NCBI GenBank assembly: GCA_900542285.1
Contig: UQNF01000003.1
Span: 15,585-79,584 of the forward strand
Length of the DNA: 64,000 bases
Origin: an uncultured Clostridium sp.
GTDB lineage: Bacteria > Bacillota > Clostridia > Christensenellales > CAG-138
Direction of reading: 5' to 3'
In this document: one piece after another, positions 47,100 to 57,830 of the stretch
Position numbering within the stretch: position 1 is the stretch's first letter
How the letters are laid out: each line of letters opens with the position of its first letter
Made by a program: the position numbers and the translations under genes
Notes under the pieces: model-generated
What the model was told of the DNA's origin: nothing
Databases searched by the model: none
The model's input: only the letters and a program-made list of their open reading frames with translations

Positions 47100-47666
47100 T
47101 TAATACTGTGCTCTTTCTCCGCCGATGAGCTTTGGCCTTGTGCGCGCCATTGTTATGTTGGCGCAGCCGATCGAAGTATTCTCGTTGTGTACGGGTACAC
47201 AGACGGGGCGCATATGCATACCGATAAATACACCGCCGATGTCAATGCCGGCGCGTGCGCGTGCCCCAATATCCTCGACCACGACAGGGTCACTGAATTG
47301 CTCAACGGCTTGTACGCTCCATGCTCCGCCTGCGTGCAGCACCGGACGCACGGATACCTGTGTAAAGTCATATTTCTGCATACACTCGCGTTCGACAACA
47401 AGCGCGCGATTCAGGTGCTCACAGCATTGGCAGGCCAGGAACAGATCGTTCTCGCGCACGACCGGAAGGATGACATCCATTATGGCTTTTGCGACTTCTT
47501 CAGTCGAGTGCGAACCCATATGATAGCCCATTACCTTGCTCGTACTGCATCCGATCACAATAATATCACCCTTGTTAAGCTTATAATAACCTTCGCTGCA
47601 AGCGTTCATCAGCTCATCAATAGCTGCTTTAGCTTGAACTTTAATATCATTGATAGAAAATTCCAT
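47100..47666 (-). CDS. UPF0340 (YwlG / TIGR01440-like) family protein
   Basis: 188 aa. GDIIVIGCSTSKVMG...G, ACQCCEHLNRALVVERE. Confidence 0.7.
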   Translation of the reverse strand: MEFSINDIKVQAKAAIDELMNACSEGYYKLNKGDIIVIGCSTSKVMGYHMGSHSTEEVAKAIMDVILPVVRENDLFLACQCCEHLNRALVVERECMQKYDFTQVSVRPVLHAGGAWSVQAVEQFSDPVVVEDIGARARAGIDIGGVFIGMHMRPVCVPVHNENTSIGCANITMARTRPKLIGGERAQY

Positions 47667-47758
47667 AATATCGCCTCTAATTCTGATTTCAGTCCTGCGC
47701 TGAGGAAGGACTGGCTAAATTATAATACCGACGACGGCAAAACACAACAGGCTGCCGA

Positions 47759-48628
47759 CTACTCGTCGATAGGCTTAAAGCCCTCTCCATATGCGGTGTC
47801 GACAGAGCTGACGATTATGAAGGCCGCCGGATCTATCTGATAGGCAATCTTTCTTATCTTGAAAACCTCTGCCTTGGAACAGGTACACAACAATATCTGC
47901 TTATCGTTGCCGGTGTAACCGCCCTGACCGTTGGCGATAGTCACGCCGCGCTCAACATCCTCGCCGATCCTGTCAGCGACTTGTTTGCCCTTTTCCGTTA
48001 TCACCATTACCATCTTTCTTGAATCAAAGCCGTACATCAGCTTGTCTATGATGAGACTGTAAAGGATAGTCATAATAAAACCATAAAGCATTGCGTTTAT
48101 GTTTTTGTAGACAACGGCGCCAAGCACAATGATGATGCTGTCAACGGCAAGTGAGATGTTGCCAAGCGAAAGATGCGGATTCTTCTTGCGGATAGCCATG
48201 ATGACAAAATCGGATCCTCCTGTTGAGGAATCGCGGATATAGATCAGCGCGAGACCGGCACCTGCGAGGATACCGCCGAAAATGGCAGCGAGAATGGGTT
48301 CGCCGGTATAGTTCGGGATAAGGGGAACAAGATAGTCGACGACGACCCAAGAGACTACGATGGTTTTTACCGAACGGGCAAAGAACTTCTTTCCAAGCGT
48401 TTTGAAGGTCAGAAGTATTATAGGGATATTGATCAGCACGGTTGCAAAACCGATGGGGATCTTTGTAAGGTAGTTGAGAAGTATTGCAATACCGGATACG
48501 CCTCCGGGCGCAAAATTGGATGCCGAGGCAAAGGTAACCATACCTACGCCGTAAATAAAACATCCGACAATATCGTAAACCAGATCGACAAGCAGAGTAC
48601 TGATCTGTGTCTTTGTGGGCTTTTTCAT
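47759..48628 (-). CDS. YitT-family membrane protein (DUF2179 C-terminal domain)
   Basis: 289 aa. N-terminal 5-6 TM helices with GGVSGIAIL and GG.DF motifs, plus a soluble C-terminal domain. Confidence 0.8.
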   Translation of the reverse strand: MKKPTKTQISTLLVDLVYDIVGCFIYGVGMVTFASASNFAPGGVSGIAILLNYLTKIPIGFATVLINIPIILLTFKTLGKKFFARSVKTIVVSWVVVDYLVPLIPNYTGEPILAAIFGGILAGAGLALIYIRDSSTGGSDFVIMAIRKKNPHLSLGNISLAVDSIIIVLGAVVYKNINAMLYGFIMTILYSLIIDKLMYGFDSRKMVMVITEKGKQVADRIGEDVERGVTIANGQGGYTGNDKQILLCTCSKAEVFKIRKIAYQIDPAAFIIVSSVDTAYGEGFKPIDE

Positions 48629-48810
48629 ATAAATCCACCTCCAAAAACTTATGAAAACTAGTATGTCTTCAAGTAATCAATACTAACATTATCATAGATA
48701 AAAAACAACCCCGCAGCATAAATATAATCTTAAAACAAATGATACTTGACAGAGCTTTAAAATGACGTAAAATATTGATAACGATTGAGATCTTGAAAGG
48801 AAAACAGGAT

Positions 48811-49770
48811 ATGAATATTTTGGTTGCAATGCCAACTCACCCCGAACATGAAGAAAGACTTCGAAGGGCATGCCCAAACGGAGAACTCACATTCCTTCAT
48901 GGTGGAAAACCAAGTGCCGGACAGCTTGCAAAAGCCGATATCATTGTGGGGAATATCCCGGTTGAGGATGTTGGCAGGTGCGTAAACCTTAAGCTCCTTC
49001 AGCTCAATATGGCAGGTTCCGATAAATATGCAGGAAAAATGCCAGAAGGAGTGCTTCTCGCAAATTCAAGCGGTGCTTACGGCCTTGCGATCAGCGAGCA
49101 TATGCTCGGAGTGCTTTTGATGCTTATGAAAAAGCTGTATCTGTATAGGGACGATCAGAATGCCTGCATTTGGCAGGACGAGGGAAGCGTGACCGGCATT
49201 GAGGGTGCGCGGATACTCACAGTCGGACTTGGTGATATCGGAGGGGAGTTTGCAAAACGCTGTAAAGCATTAGGCGCATACACCATCGGTATTCGGCGCA
49301 ATGTGCGCAGTGCTCCGGAGTATATGGATGAGATGCATACGCTTGACAAACTGGACGAACTGCTGCCCACGGTCGATGTTGTCGCTTTATGCCTTCCGAA
49401 CAGCCCCGAAAGCGTTCATCTGATGAACAGTGCACGCTTACGCCGCATGAAAAAAGGCGGAATATTGTTGAATGTAGGCAGGGGGAACGCAATCGATACC
49501 GAAGCACTTGTTGATGTGCTTCAGGAAGGGCGTATCCTTGCAGGGATAGATGTCACCGATCCGGAGCCGCTGCCAAAGGAGCATCCGCTTTGGAAATGTC
49601 CCGGCATTGTGATCACGCCGCATATCTCCGGATTCTATCATCTGAGACAGACTCACGACAGAATAATTGAGATTGCGGCAAGCAATATCGAAAATTTGAT
49701 TTCCGGCAGACCCATTAAGAACTTGGTAGACAGTTCGACCGGGTATCGGACGCTGGAAAACAGGTATTAA
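48811..49770 (+). CDS. D-isomer-specific 2-hydroxyacid dehydrogenase family protein
   Basis: VGLGDIGGEFAKR (NAD-binding), LLNVGRGNAID, and ITPHISG containing the catalytic His. Confidence 0.85.
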   Translation: MNILVAMPTHPEHEERLRRACPNGELTFLHGGKPSAGQLAKADIIVGNIPVEDVGRCVNLKLLQLNMAGSDKYAGKMPEGVLLANSSGAYGLAISEHMLGVLLMLMKKLYLYRDDQNACIWQDEGSVTGIEGARILTVGLGDIGGEFAKRCKALGAYTIGIRRNVRSAPEYMDEMHTLDKLDELLPTVDVVALCLPNSPESVHLMNSARLRRMKKGGILLNVGRGNAIDTEALVDVLQEGRILAGIDVTDPEPLPKEHPLWKCPGIVITPHISGFYHLRQTHDRIIEIAASNIENLISGRPIKNLVDSSTGYRTLENRY

Positions 49771-49807
49771 AAAAATCGACCGAAGCATTATGCTTCGGTC
49801 GTTGTTT
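49771..49807. terminator. Bidirectional rho-independent terminator
   Basis: AAAAAAT-CGACCGAAGC-ATTAT-GCTTCGGTCG-TTGTTT, a 10-bp perfect stem between convergent genes. Confidence 0.85.
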
Positions 49808-49817
49808 ATACATACTG

Positions 49818-50612
49818 TCAGCTTGCGTACATCTTCCCGACGATCCAATTAGCGAGCCTGCACGGCAAAAGCTTTATCAGCATACAGCAGGCCTTGTACA
49901 TCAGGCCGACGGAGCAGAGAGGCTTGGGATTTTTTTTGACGGATAACGAATAGAACTTCTTTGCAATAGCAATAGGGGGCATACCGTTCTGCTCGTCGTG
50001 CTCCATAGAGGCCACCGACTTTGCAAGCGAAGAATAGCTTTCAGAGCCTTCGTTGATCTTATTCCTTGCGGAGGTGAAACCGGTTTTTATGTCTCCGGGC
50101 ATGACAGCACAGAGCTTGATGCCATAGCTTCTAACCTCATTGCCGACGGCAAGCACGATTGAATTCAGCGACGCTTTTGTTGCGGAATAGTAGGCTTGGA
50201 AAGGAATACCGATCGCGCCCGCAACGGAGCTTGTAACGATAATATGCCCTGCGCTATTTTTACGCATATACGGAAGCACCGCGCGAATACATCGCATTGC
50301 GCCCCAGAAATTTACATCGAATTGCTTCTTGGCTGTTTCAATGTCGGTAAATTCGACAGCTCCGGAGATCCCATAGCCTGCGTTGCAGATAAAAACATCT
50401 ATTCTGCCTGCTTCTGAAACAACCTTTTCAACCGCATTATTTACGGAAGCTTCATCGGTAATATCGCATGAAATGCTGATGACGCCATTCTCAGGGCAGG
50501 GCCTGCGGCTAAAGCAGTAAACCTTATCGCCTTTTTCGGAGAACAGCTTTGCAGCAGCAAGTCCTATGCCGCTGGAAGCTCCCGTTATAACGGTTATACG
50601 ACGATCACTCAT
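49818..50612 (-). CDS. Classical short-chain dehydrogenase/reductase (SDR)
   Basis: VITGASSGIGLAAA, NAGYG, and the S...YSATKAS catalytic triad region. Its start overlaps the upstream gene's stop by 8 nt. Confidence 0.88.
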   Translation of the reverse strand: MSDRRITVITGASSGIGLAAAKLFSEKGDKVYCFSRRPCPENGVISISCDITDEASVNNAVEKVVSEAGRIDVFICNAGYGISGAVEFTDIETAKKQFDVNFWGAMRCIRAVLPYMRKNSAGHIIVTSSVAGAIGIPFQAYYSATKASLNSIVLAVGNEVRSYGIKLCAVMPGDIKTGFTSARNKINEGSESYSSLAKSVASMEHDEQNGMPPIAIAKKFYSLSVKKNPKPLCSVGLMYKACCMLIKLLPCRLANWIVGKMYAS

Positions 50613-51777
50613 CTTTTCCTATCACCTTTTCGATGGCAGCCAGCGCTTCATCCAGCAGCTCCGTAGTGAGATTTGCCATATAGCTGGTGCGCAGCAGGCA
50701 TTCTCCCGGAGGGGTAGCAGGGGGCAGCACAGGATTTACATAAACGCCGTTGTCGAACAGTTCCTTAGCCTTATAGAAGGTCCTCATCTCATCATAGGTA
50801 TAGATGGGGATTATCGGAGTTATGCTGTCGCGAATCTTGATTCCCCTGGAACGAAGACCGTTGCGCATGTATGCAGCCAGTTCCATCAGATGCGTTGGCA
50901 TATCGGGGTTTTCCTTAAGAATATGCAGCGCTTCGATGGCTGTTGCGCAGCTTGCAGGGGGAATTGAAGCGCAGAAGATAAACGGACGAGAGGAGTGGCG
51001 TACATATTCCACGACACGAAGGTCTGCCGCCATGTAGCCTCCCAATGAAGCAAGGGACTTGCTGAAGGTTCCCATTATGATATCGACCTTGTCGGTAAGT
51101 CCGAAGTAGTCGGCGGTACCGCGGCCGCCGTTGCCGAGCACGCCGAGACCGTGAGCGTCGTCGACCATGACTCGAGCATTATACTTTTCTGCCAGAGCGA
51201 CGATTTCGGGGAGCTTGCAGATATCTCCGCCCATGCTGAATACGCCGTCGGTAACGATCAGCTTTCCTGATTCAAGAGGAACATTGCTAAGCGCTGTTTC
51301 CAGATGCTCCATATCGGAATGGTTATAGCGAATGGTTTTGGCGTAGCTGAGCTTACAGCCGTCATAAATACTTGCATGGTTTTCCTTATCGCAGAAGATA
51401 TAATCACCGCGTGAAGCGATAGCGCTGATGATACCGAGATTGCTCTGGAACCCTGTTGAAAATGTCATGACAGCTTCTTTGCCAAGAAACTCGGCAAGTT
51501 CGCTTTCCAGCTGAACATGAAGGTCAAGCGTTCCGTTCAAGAACCTTGAACCGGAGCAGCCGGAGCCGTAGGTCTGAAGAGCCCGTACGCCTGCATCGAT
51601 TACACGAGGGTTGGATGTGAGTCCAAGATAGTTGTTAGAGCCAAGCATGATCCTGCGTTTTCCCTCCATGATTACCTCAGGCGCTTGACGGGACTCGAGC
51701 TCGTGAAAATAGGGATAGATGTTTAGTGCTTTCGCCTGTTCCACGATGTCAACTTTACACTTGTCGAATAAGTCCAT
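50605..51777 (-). CDS. Alpha-oxoamine synthase family PLP enzyme (serine palmitoyltransferase / Kbl / BioF-like)
   Basis: LGSNNYLGL, GSRFLNGT, DDAHGLGVLG, and GTFSKSLASLGGY containing the PLP lysine. Confidence 0.85.
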   Translation of the reverse strand: MDLFDKCKVDIVEQAKALNIYPYFHELESRQAPEVIMEGKRRIMLGSNNYLGLTSNPRVIDAGVRALQTYGSGCSGSRFLNGTLDLHVQLESELAEFLGKEAVMTFSTGFQSNLGIISAIASRGDYIFCDKENHASIYDGCKLSYAKTIRYNHSDMEHLETALSNVPLESGKLIVTDGVFSMGGDICKLPEIVALAEKYNARVMVDDAHGLGVLGNGGRGTADYFGLTDKVDIIMGTFSKSLASLGGYMAADLRVVEYVRHSSRPFIFCASIPPASCATAIEALHILKENPDMPTHLMELAAYMRNGLRSRGIKIRDSITPIIPIYTYDEMRTFYKAKELFDNGVYVNPVLPPATPPGECLLRTSYMANLTTELLDEALAAIEKVIGKDE

Positions 51778-51825
51778 ATTAATTCTCCAGTATGATAGAA
51801 TGGTTTCAATGAAACCGATATACGA

Positions 51826-51854
51826 ATAATATCAGCTTGAACGGAATATGTCAA
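51826..51854 (-). promoter_or_regulatory. Sigma-70-type promoter for the oxoamine synthase-SDR bicistron
   Basis: The minus strand reads TTGACA (rc of 51849-51854), 17 nt, TATTAT (rc of 51826-51831). Confidence 0.55.
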
Positions 51855-51861
51855 GCGGATT

Positions 51862-51903
51862 AATATAAAATGGGATGCAGCATACAAATATCAGCATCCC
51901 ATT
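51862..51903 (-). terminator. Rho-independent terminator after hemW
   Basis: 10-bp stem AATGGGATGC/GCATCCCATT. The minus strand continues TTTATATT. Confidence 0.65.
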
Positions 51904-51906
51904 CCT

Positions 51907-53043
51907 CTACATAAACTTCAATAGAACCTCGTTTTGAAAGTCCAGACCCCTGCGTGTTAATCGCATATAATCTTCTGTGACGATCATATTGCCCTCAAGC
52001 GTTGCCTCGCTCACTGCGGCGGCATAATGAACGACGGGATCAATACCAAAGCGCTCCGTGAAGGAAGCTCTACTTATTCCTTCGATCTTCCTTAGGCCCA
52101 CCATGATCGTCTCAAACATCTCATCATCGCGCTCAATGATCTCAGATGTTTCAACCGGCAGCATGCCGTTTGCTGTCTTAAGCACATATACCGAAAGCAC
52201 CGCATCATTTGCCCAGCGTGACCATTTTCCGTTGAGCCTAAGCGCTGAGTGCGAATTTAGCCCGAGCCCCAGGTACTCTCCGTTATCCCAATAGTTCAGA
52301 TTATGCCTGCACTCATAACCGGGCTTGGCAAAGTTGCTGATTTCATATCTTTGATAGCCCAGTTTGTCGAGCAGAGCAAAGCCTTCGTCCTCCATCTCTG
52401 CCGTTTCATCAGCGTCGGGCAGAATGATCCTGCCCTGTTCAACGTCTTGATACATCGGCGTATGCTCCTCCAAGATCAAAGAATAAGAGGAGATATGCTC
52501 TGCGTGCAGCTCTGCTGCGGTCTTGATGCTGTTGAGATAAGATTCCATGGTCTGCTTGGGGAGACCATGCATAAGATCAACGTTAATATTGTCGAAACCG
52601 GCTTTGCGGGCTGTCTTGAATGCGGAAATAAATCCGTTTAGGTCATGGACCCTGCCGATAGCGCCAAGTACAGCGCAATCGGAGCTTTGAAGACCGATGG
52701 ACAGCCTGTTGATTCCGAAACTGCGGTAATTCAATAGCTTATCCTCTGTCAGCGATTCCGGGTTGGCTTCGATGGTGAATTCGATTTCATCATCAAAGCT
52801 AAAGCACTCCCGAGCGGTATCTATGATACGGCAGAGAAGTTCGGCTGGCATTATGCTGGGCGTGCCGCCGCCGATAAATATCGTGGAAAAGCGTTTGCCA
52901 TCAACAAGCGGCTTATACAGCTTCATCTCGCTGATGAGTGCAGCGGTATATGCGGCATAATCAAATTCATTGTCAAAACTGACAAAGTCGCAATACCTGC
53001 ATTTCTTCCTGCAAAACGGAATGTGAATATAAAGTCCTGCCAT
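51907..53043 (-). CDS. hemW: Radical SAM heme chaperone HemW (HemN-like, oxygen-independent coproporphyrinogen oxidase family)
   Basis: GLYIHIPFCRKKCRYCDF (CxxxCxxC), IFIGGGTPS. Immediately downstream of lepA, as in Firmicutes. Confidence 0.9.
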   Translation of the reverse strand: MAGLYIHIPFCRKKCRYCDFVSFDNEFDYAAYTAALISEMKLYKPLVDGKRFSTIFIGGGTPSIMPAELLCRIIDTARECFSFDDEIEFTIEANPESLTEDKLLNYRSFGINRLSIGLQSSDCAVLGAIGRVHDLNGFISAFKTARKAGFDNINVDLMHGLPKQTMESYLNSIKTAAELHAEHISSYSLILEEHTPMYQDVEQGRIILPDADETAEMEDEGFALLDKLGYQRYEISNFAKPGYECRHNLNYWDNGEYLGLGLNSHSALRLNGKWSRWANDAVLSVYVLKTANGMLPVETSEIIERDDEMFETIMVGLRKIEGISRASFTERFGIDPVVHYAAAVSEATLEGNMIVTEDYMRLTRRGLDFQNEVLLKFM

Positions 53044-53044
53044 C

Positions 53045-54847
53045 TCAGTTTATTCTCAATACGCTCATAAACGCTTCGCTTGGCAGTTCGACGGTACCGA
53101 TCTGCCTCATGCGCTTTTTGCCTTCCTTTTGCTTTTCAAGCAGCTTTTTCTTCCTGGTGATATCGCCTCCGTAGCACTTGGCGAGAACATCCTTGCGGAG
53201 CGCCCTGACGGTTTCTCTTGCGATGATCTTTCCGCCAATGGCTGCCTGGATAGGTATTTCAAACTGCTGCCTCGGTATAACTTCCTGCAGCTTTTCCGCA
53301 ACGGCTCTTCCCTTGGCATATGCCTTATCCCTATGAACGATCGTTGACAGCGCATCACACATATCGCCGTTGAGCAGAAAGTCGAGCTTAACAAGATCGG
53401 ACTGCACATAGCCTTCTATCTCATAGTCAAATGAAGCATAGCCGCGGCTTCTGCTCTTTAAGCTATCGAAGAAATCAAAGATTATCTCATTGAGCGGAAT
53501 ATCGTAAGTGAGCTTTACCCTTGTCTCTTCAAGGTATACCATATCACGGAAAACGCCCCGTTTTTCCTGCGAAAGCTCCATTATCGTACCGACATACTCG
53601 GACGGTGTCATAATATGCGCCTTGCAGATCGGCTCCTCCATGCGCTCTATCTGCGACGGATCGGGGAGATTGCTCGGATTATCTATCCAAATCTCCGTCC
53701 CGTCCGTAGTCACAACGCGATAGACAACGCTGGGGGCAGTCGTGACCAGATCGAGATCAAACTCTCGCTCGAGCCTTTCCTGCGCGATCTCCATATGCAG
53801 AAGTCCAAGAAAACCGCATCTGAAGCCATATCCAAGTGCCTGCGAGGTCTCGGGTTCATATGATATGGAGGCATCGTTAAGAATGAGCTTTTCCAGTGCA
53901 TCGCGAAGGTTTTCATACTCCGCTCCGTCGGCAGGATAGATTCCGCAGAATACCATGGGGCTTGCGTGCTTGTATCCCTTAAGCGGTTCGGATGCAGGGT
54001 TGTTGGCAAGCGTAATTGTGTCGCCAACCTTTGTCTCTGCAACGGATTTAATTGAAGCGGAGATATAGCCGACCTCACCGGCCGACAGCGCATCGGTCGT
54101 TTTCCACTGCGGAGTGAATACGCCTACCTCAGTAACATCGAATTCCTTGCCAACATGCATAAATCGTATTCTGTCGCCTGCGCGTACAGCACCTTCCATT
54201 ATCCTAACATAGCTCAAGGCTCCCTTATAGTTATCATAATAGCTGTCGAAAATCAATGCTCTGAGCGGAGCGTCGGCATCGCCTTTGGGCGGTGGAAAAT
54301 CGGTGACTATCCTAGCAAGAACCTGCTCAACATTCAGTCCCGTTTTTGCGGACACCTGAGGCGCATCCTCTGCCGGAATGCCGATGATGTCCTCGATCTC
54401 ATGTATTGCGCTCTGTGGATCGGCTGAAGGAAGATCGATTTTATTTATTACAGGCAATATCTCAAGATCATTATCTATCGCCAAATAGACATTTGCCAGT
54501 GTCTGAGCCTCAATGCCCTGTGTTGCGTCAACGATGAGAACAGCGCCTTCGCAGGCAGCAAGAGCACGGCTGACCTCGTAGGTGAAGTCAACATGGCCCG
54601 GAGTGTCAATCAAATTGAGCATATAGCGCTTTCCGTCAGTATGAGTATAGAACATTCTGACGGCAGTGGACTTAATGGTAATACCGCGCTCACGCTCAAT
54701 ATCCATCGAATCGAGGAGCTGTTCCTCCATATCGCGGGCGTTGACGGTGTCGGTGTACTCCATAAGCCTGTCGGCAAGCGTTGACTTGCCGTGGTCGATG
54801 TGAGCGATTATGCAAAAGTTCCTTATCAGTTCTCGGGGGTAAGACAT
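53045..54847 (-). CDS. lepA: Translation elongation factor 4 (LepA)
   Basis: [34 protein letters not shown], and the LepA-specific C-terminal domain. Confidence 0.97.
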   Translation of the reverse strand: MSYPRELIRNFCIIAHIDHGKSTLADRLMEYTDTVNARDMEEQLLDSMDIERERGITIKSTAVRMFYTHTDGKRYMLNLIDTPGHVDFTYEVSRALAACEGAVLIVDATQGIEAQTLANVYLAIDNDLEILPVINKIDLPSADPQSAIHEIEDIIGIPAEDAPQVSAKTGLNVEQVLARIVTDFPPPKGDADAPLRALIFDSYYDNYKGALSYVRIMEGAVRAGDRIRFMHVGKEFDVTEVGVFTPQWKTTDALSAGEVGYISASIKSVAETKVGDTITLANNPASEPLKGYKHASPMVFCGIYPADGAEYENLRDALEKLILNDASISYEPETSQALGYGFRCGFLGLLHMEIAQERLEREFDLDLVTTAPSVVYRVVTTDGTEIWIDNPSNLPDPSQIERMEEPICKAHIMTPSEYVGTIMELSQEKRGVFRDMVYLEETRVKLTYDIPLNEIIFDFFDSLKSRSRGYASFDYEIEGYVQSDLVKLDFLLNGDMCDALSTIVHRDKAYAKGRAVAEKLQEVIPRQQFEIPIQAAIGGKIIARETVRALRKDVLAKCYGGDITRKKKLLEKQKEGKKRMRQIGTVELPSEAFMSVLRIN

Positions 54848-55135
54848 TTATCCTCCAAACTGCCGAATGCAGTCGGCAGCCATGTAGTATATCAGCAAAT
54901 TGCTTTCAACCCATAATTATACTTGGTTTCTCCCGATATATCAAGATAAAAATGGCCGCCGGACTCAATGTGTCTGACGGCCGTTATGTAAAGCTGCAAA
55001 AGCAGCGCGATTTGGAACTTTGTTTCCCGATTGATGCTTCTACTTATTAGACGAATCAAATCAAAAAACGGTTCACTTTTTTATGAAAAAAGTTTATAAT
55101 GCTGTTATCGAGACTGATACGTGTTTGGAGTGGCA

Positions 55136-57031
55136 ATGAACGACAAAATAGAAGCAAAACTGAAACTTTTGCCGGATAAGCCGGGAGTTTATAAGATGTT
55201 CAACTCCTGCGGCGAGCTTATTTATGTGGGAAAGGCTGTCAACCTTAAAAACAGGGTAAGACAGTATTTTCGTTCGTCCGCCAATCATCCTCCCAAGGTT
55301 GCGGCTATGGTTGCGAATATCGACGATTTTGATTTTGTTATCGTCGGCAACGAAACCGAGGCGCTGAATCTTGAGAGCAATCTAATCAAGCAGAACAAGC
55401 CATACTATAACATACTCCTGAAGGACGACAAGCATTTTCCGTATGTGCGGATAGACTATAAGCAGGATTACCCCAGGGTCGAAATAGTGCGCAGGTTTAG
55501 GAAGGATGGAGCAAAATACTTCGGTCCTTATTTGAGCAGCTATGCCCTGCGGGAATCCATTACCGCTGTGCGTGAGCATTTCCCGATTCGTCAGTGCAAG
55601 AAGGACATCGGAAAAGCGATCGCCAGGGGGGAAAGGCCATGCCTTATGTACCACATCGGAAAGTGCTGTGCTCCCTGTACGGGAAGGGTGACAAAGGAAG
55701 AATATGCAGCGCTTTTAGATGAAGTCGTGGCAATGTTCCAAGGCAGCTGCAAGGGATACATTGAGAGCCTCACTCAGCTGATGCGGGAGGCGTCAGACAG
55801 AATGGATTTTGAGAAGGCAGCGCAGTACCGTGATAGGATAAGGGCTATGCAGAGCATATCCGAAAAGCAGATCGCTTCTTCGGCATCCGACAAAAGCTAT
55901 GATGTGTTCGCACTCGCAAGAAATGAGCTTGCAACCGTTGCTTATGGACTATTTGTGCGAGGCGGTAATGTTATAAGTGCGGAAAGCTTCAACATTGGAG
56001 CTGACGATGAGCCGTTTTCAGAAATTATCTCTCAGTTTCTCATGCAGTTCTATAATGGAATGGGACAAATTCCAAAAGAGATAGTGATCATGGACGAGCC
56101 GGAAGATCTTGCGGCAATCGAAAGCTGCCTTGCCGAGCAATGCGGCCATGCGGTGAGAATACATATTCCGCTTAAGGGCGAGAAGCTGAAGCAAGGGGAG
56201 CTTGCCAGAGCAAATGCCGAAGCGACAATAGACAGCAAGAGGGAGCTTACGCATCGCGAATGGGAGCGAGGCGAGGGCGCACTTATCGAACTGATGCAGC
56301 TTGTTGGCATGGATGTTTTTCCGCGCCGCATGGAATGCTTTGACAATTCCCATATTCAAGGCAGAGACACCGTCGGGTCAATGGTCGTTTTTATCGATGG
56401 AAAGCCTGAAAAAACACAATACAGACGCTTCAGGACCAAGCAGGCGGCCGATGGCGATGATTATCTTGCAATGAAGGAGCACCTTTCAAGGCGTTTTCAA
56501 CGCGCGCTGGATGGCGATGAAAAATTTGCGGAGCTGCCTGAGCTCTTGATCGTTGATGGAGGCAGAGGACAACTGAATGTTGCGCTTGAAGTGCTTGAGG
56601 AGTTCGGACTTTCTCATATCAGCTGCATAGGATTGGCCGAAAAAAACGAAGAAATTATCTTGCCCGACAGACAAGAATCGGTTATACTTTCGAGGAGCAG
56701 TCCCGTGCTTCAACTGCTGCAGCGCATAAGGGACGAAGCGCACAGGTTTGCGATAACCTATCACAGGAATCTAAGGGCGAAGAATTCGCTCTATTCGGTT
56801 CTTGACGGCATTAGCAGTATTGGAGACAAGCGCAAGCGGGCGCTTTATGAAAAGTTTCTGACGGTTGAGGCAATTAAAAGCGCAAGCGTTGAAGAATTAA
56901 AAACTGCTGACGGAATGAATATTACCTCCGCTAGATCTGTGTGGAACTATTTTCATCCGTCCGGTGATAGTTTGGATAAATCTGATACTGCAAATGCAGA
57001 CAGGATGAATGGAGATAATAATGAAGTATAA
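55136..57031 (+). CDS. uvrC: Excinuclease ABC subunit C
   Basis: LPDKPGVYKMFN..GELIYVGKA.NLKNRV (GIY-YIG), a UVR domain, and a C-terminal (HhH)2. ATG 55136 follows GGAG. Confidence 0.95.
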   Translation: MNDKIEAKLKLLPDKPGVYKMFNSCGELIYVGKAVNLKNRVRQYFRSSANHPPKVAAMVANIDDFDFVIVGNETEALNLESNLIKQNKPYYNILLKDDKHFPYVRIDYKQDYPRVEIVRRFRKDGAKYFGPYLSSYALRESITAVREHFPIRQCKKDIGKAIARGERPCLMYHIGKCCAPCTGRVTKEEYAALLDEVVAMFQGSCKGYIESLTQLMREASDRMDFEKAAQYRDRIRAMQSISEKQIASSASDKSYDVFALARNELATVAYGLFVRGGNVISAESFNIGADDEPFSEIISQFLMQFYNGMGQIPKEIVIMDEPEDLAAIESCLAEQCGHAVRIHIPLKGEKLKQGELARANAEATIDSKRELTHREWERGEGALIELMQLVGMDVFPRRMECFDNSHIQGRDTVGSMVVFIDGKPEKTQYRRFRTKQAADGDDYLAMKEHLSRRFQRALDGDEKFAELPELLIVDGGRGQLNVALEVLEEFGLSHISCIGLAEKNEEIILPDRQESVILSRSSPVLQLLQRIRDEAHRFAITYHRNLRAKNSLYSVLDGISSIGDKRKRALYEKFLTVEAIKSASVEELKTADGMNITSARSVWNYFHPSGDSLDKSDTANADRMNGDNNEV

Positions 57032-57830
57032 GCTTCTGGTTATGGATATAGACGATACGCTGGTCAGCAATGCGCGTCCGGTATCGCATGAAAACGCAGC
57101 CGCAATAAGGCGCGCAAGGGAAGCCGGAGTGTATGTAACGGTTGCGACCGGGCGAAGCTATTTTGGCACAAGGCCGGTGGTCAAACAGCTGGCTCTGGAT
57201 ACATATGTAATCAATTATGGCGGTGCGGTCATTATGGATGCAAAGACGGAGAAACCTTTGTTCGTAACGGAACTTGAGGATAAATACATAAAGGAGATCC
57301 TTCAGATGGCTTCCGAGCTTGGCGTACATGCGCATATATATCAGGACGATTGCGTTATCTATGAGAAGGATCATCCGTATGTGCAAGCTTACACAAAGCT
57401 TCTCGATCTGCCGCATAGAGTTGAGCCGGATATCAGGAAAATGCACTGGGAAAATGTCCCGAAGGCTTTGATAATAACCGAGCCGGAAAGGGTGAAGGAA
57501 CTGATGCCGATATTCAAAGCGCATTTTGAAGGAAGGGTGCATGTGTCGGAATCATCCGCAGGATTCATTGAGTTCAACCGTGTGGACGCGAACAAGGGCA
57601 CGGCAGCCGAGTCTGTCGCCGCAAGGCTTGGAATACCACATGAACAGACCGCCGCTATCGGTGACAACACGCTTGATTACGAGCTTATTAAATGGGCTTC
57701 GCTTGGAGCTGTCGTCGGTAATGGAAATGAAAAATTGAAAGCTGTTGCAGATGTTATTACTCCGCCTTGCTGTGAGAACGGCGTCGCATGGCTTATTGAT
57801 AACTATATTCTTACTGAAACGGAGAGGTAA
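57021..57830 (+). CDS. Cof-type HAD-IIB family phosphatase
   Basis: LLVMDIDDTLV, TVATGRS, and GDNTLDYELI matching the GDxxND motif. Confidence 0.85.
   Translation: MKYKLLVMDIDDTLVSNARPVSHENAAAIRRAREAGVYVTVATGRSYFGTRPVVKQLALDTYVINYGGAVIMDAKTEKPLFVTELEDKYIKEILQMASELGVHAHIYQDDCVIYEKDHPYVQAYTKLLDLPHRVEPDIRKMHWENVPKALIITEPERVKELMPIFKAHFEGRVHVSESSAGFIEFNRVDANKGTAAESVAARLGIPHEQTAAIGDNTLDYELIKWASLGAVVGNGNEKLKAVADVITPPCCENGVAWLIDNYILTETER

Noticed and set aside
47073-47840. 255-aa plus-strand ORF
   Set aside because: It overlaps three minus-strand features: the trkH start, the whole UPF0340 gene and the YitT 3' end. It is a shadow ORF.
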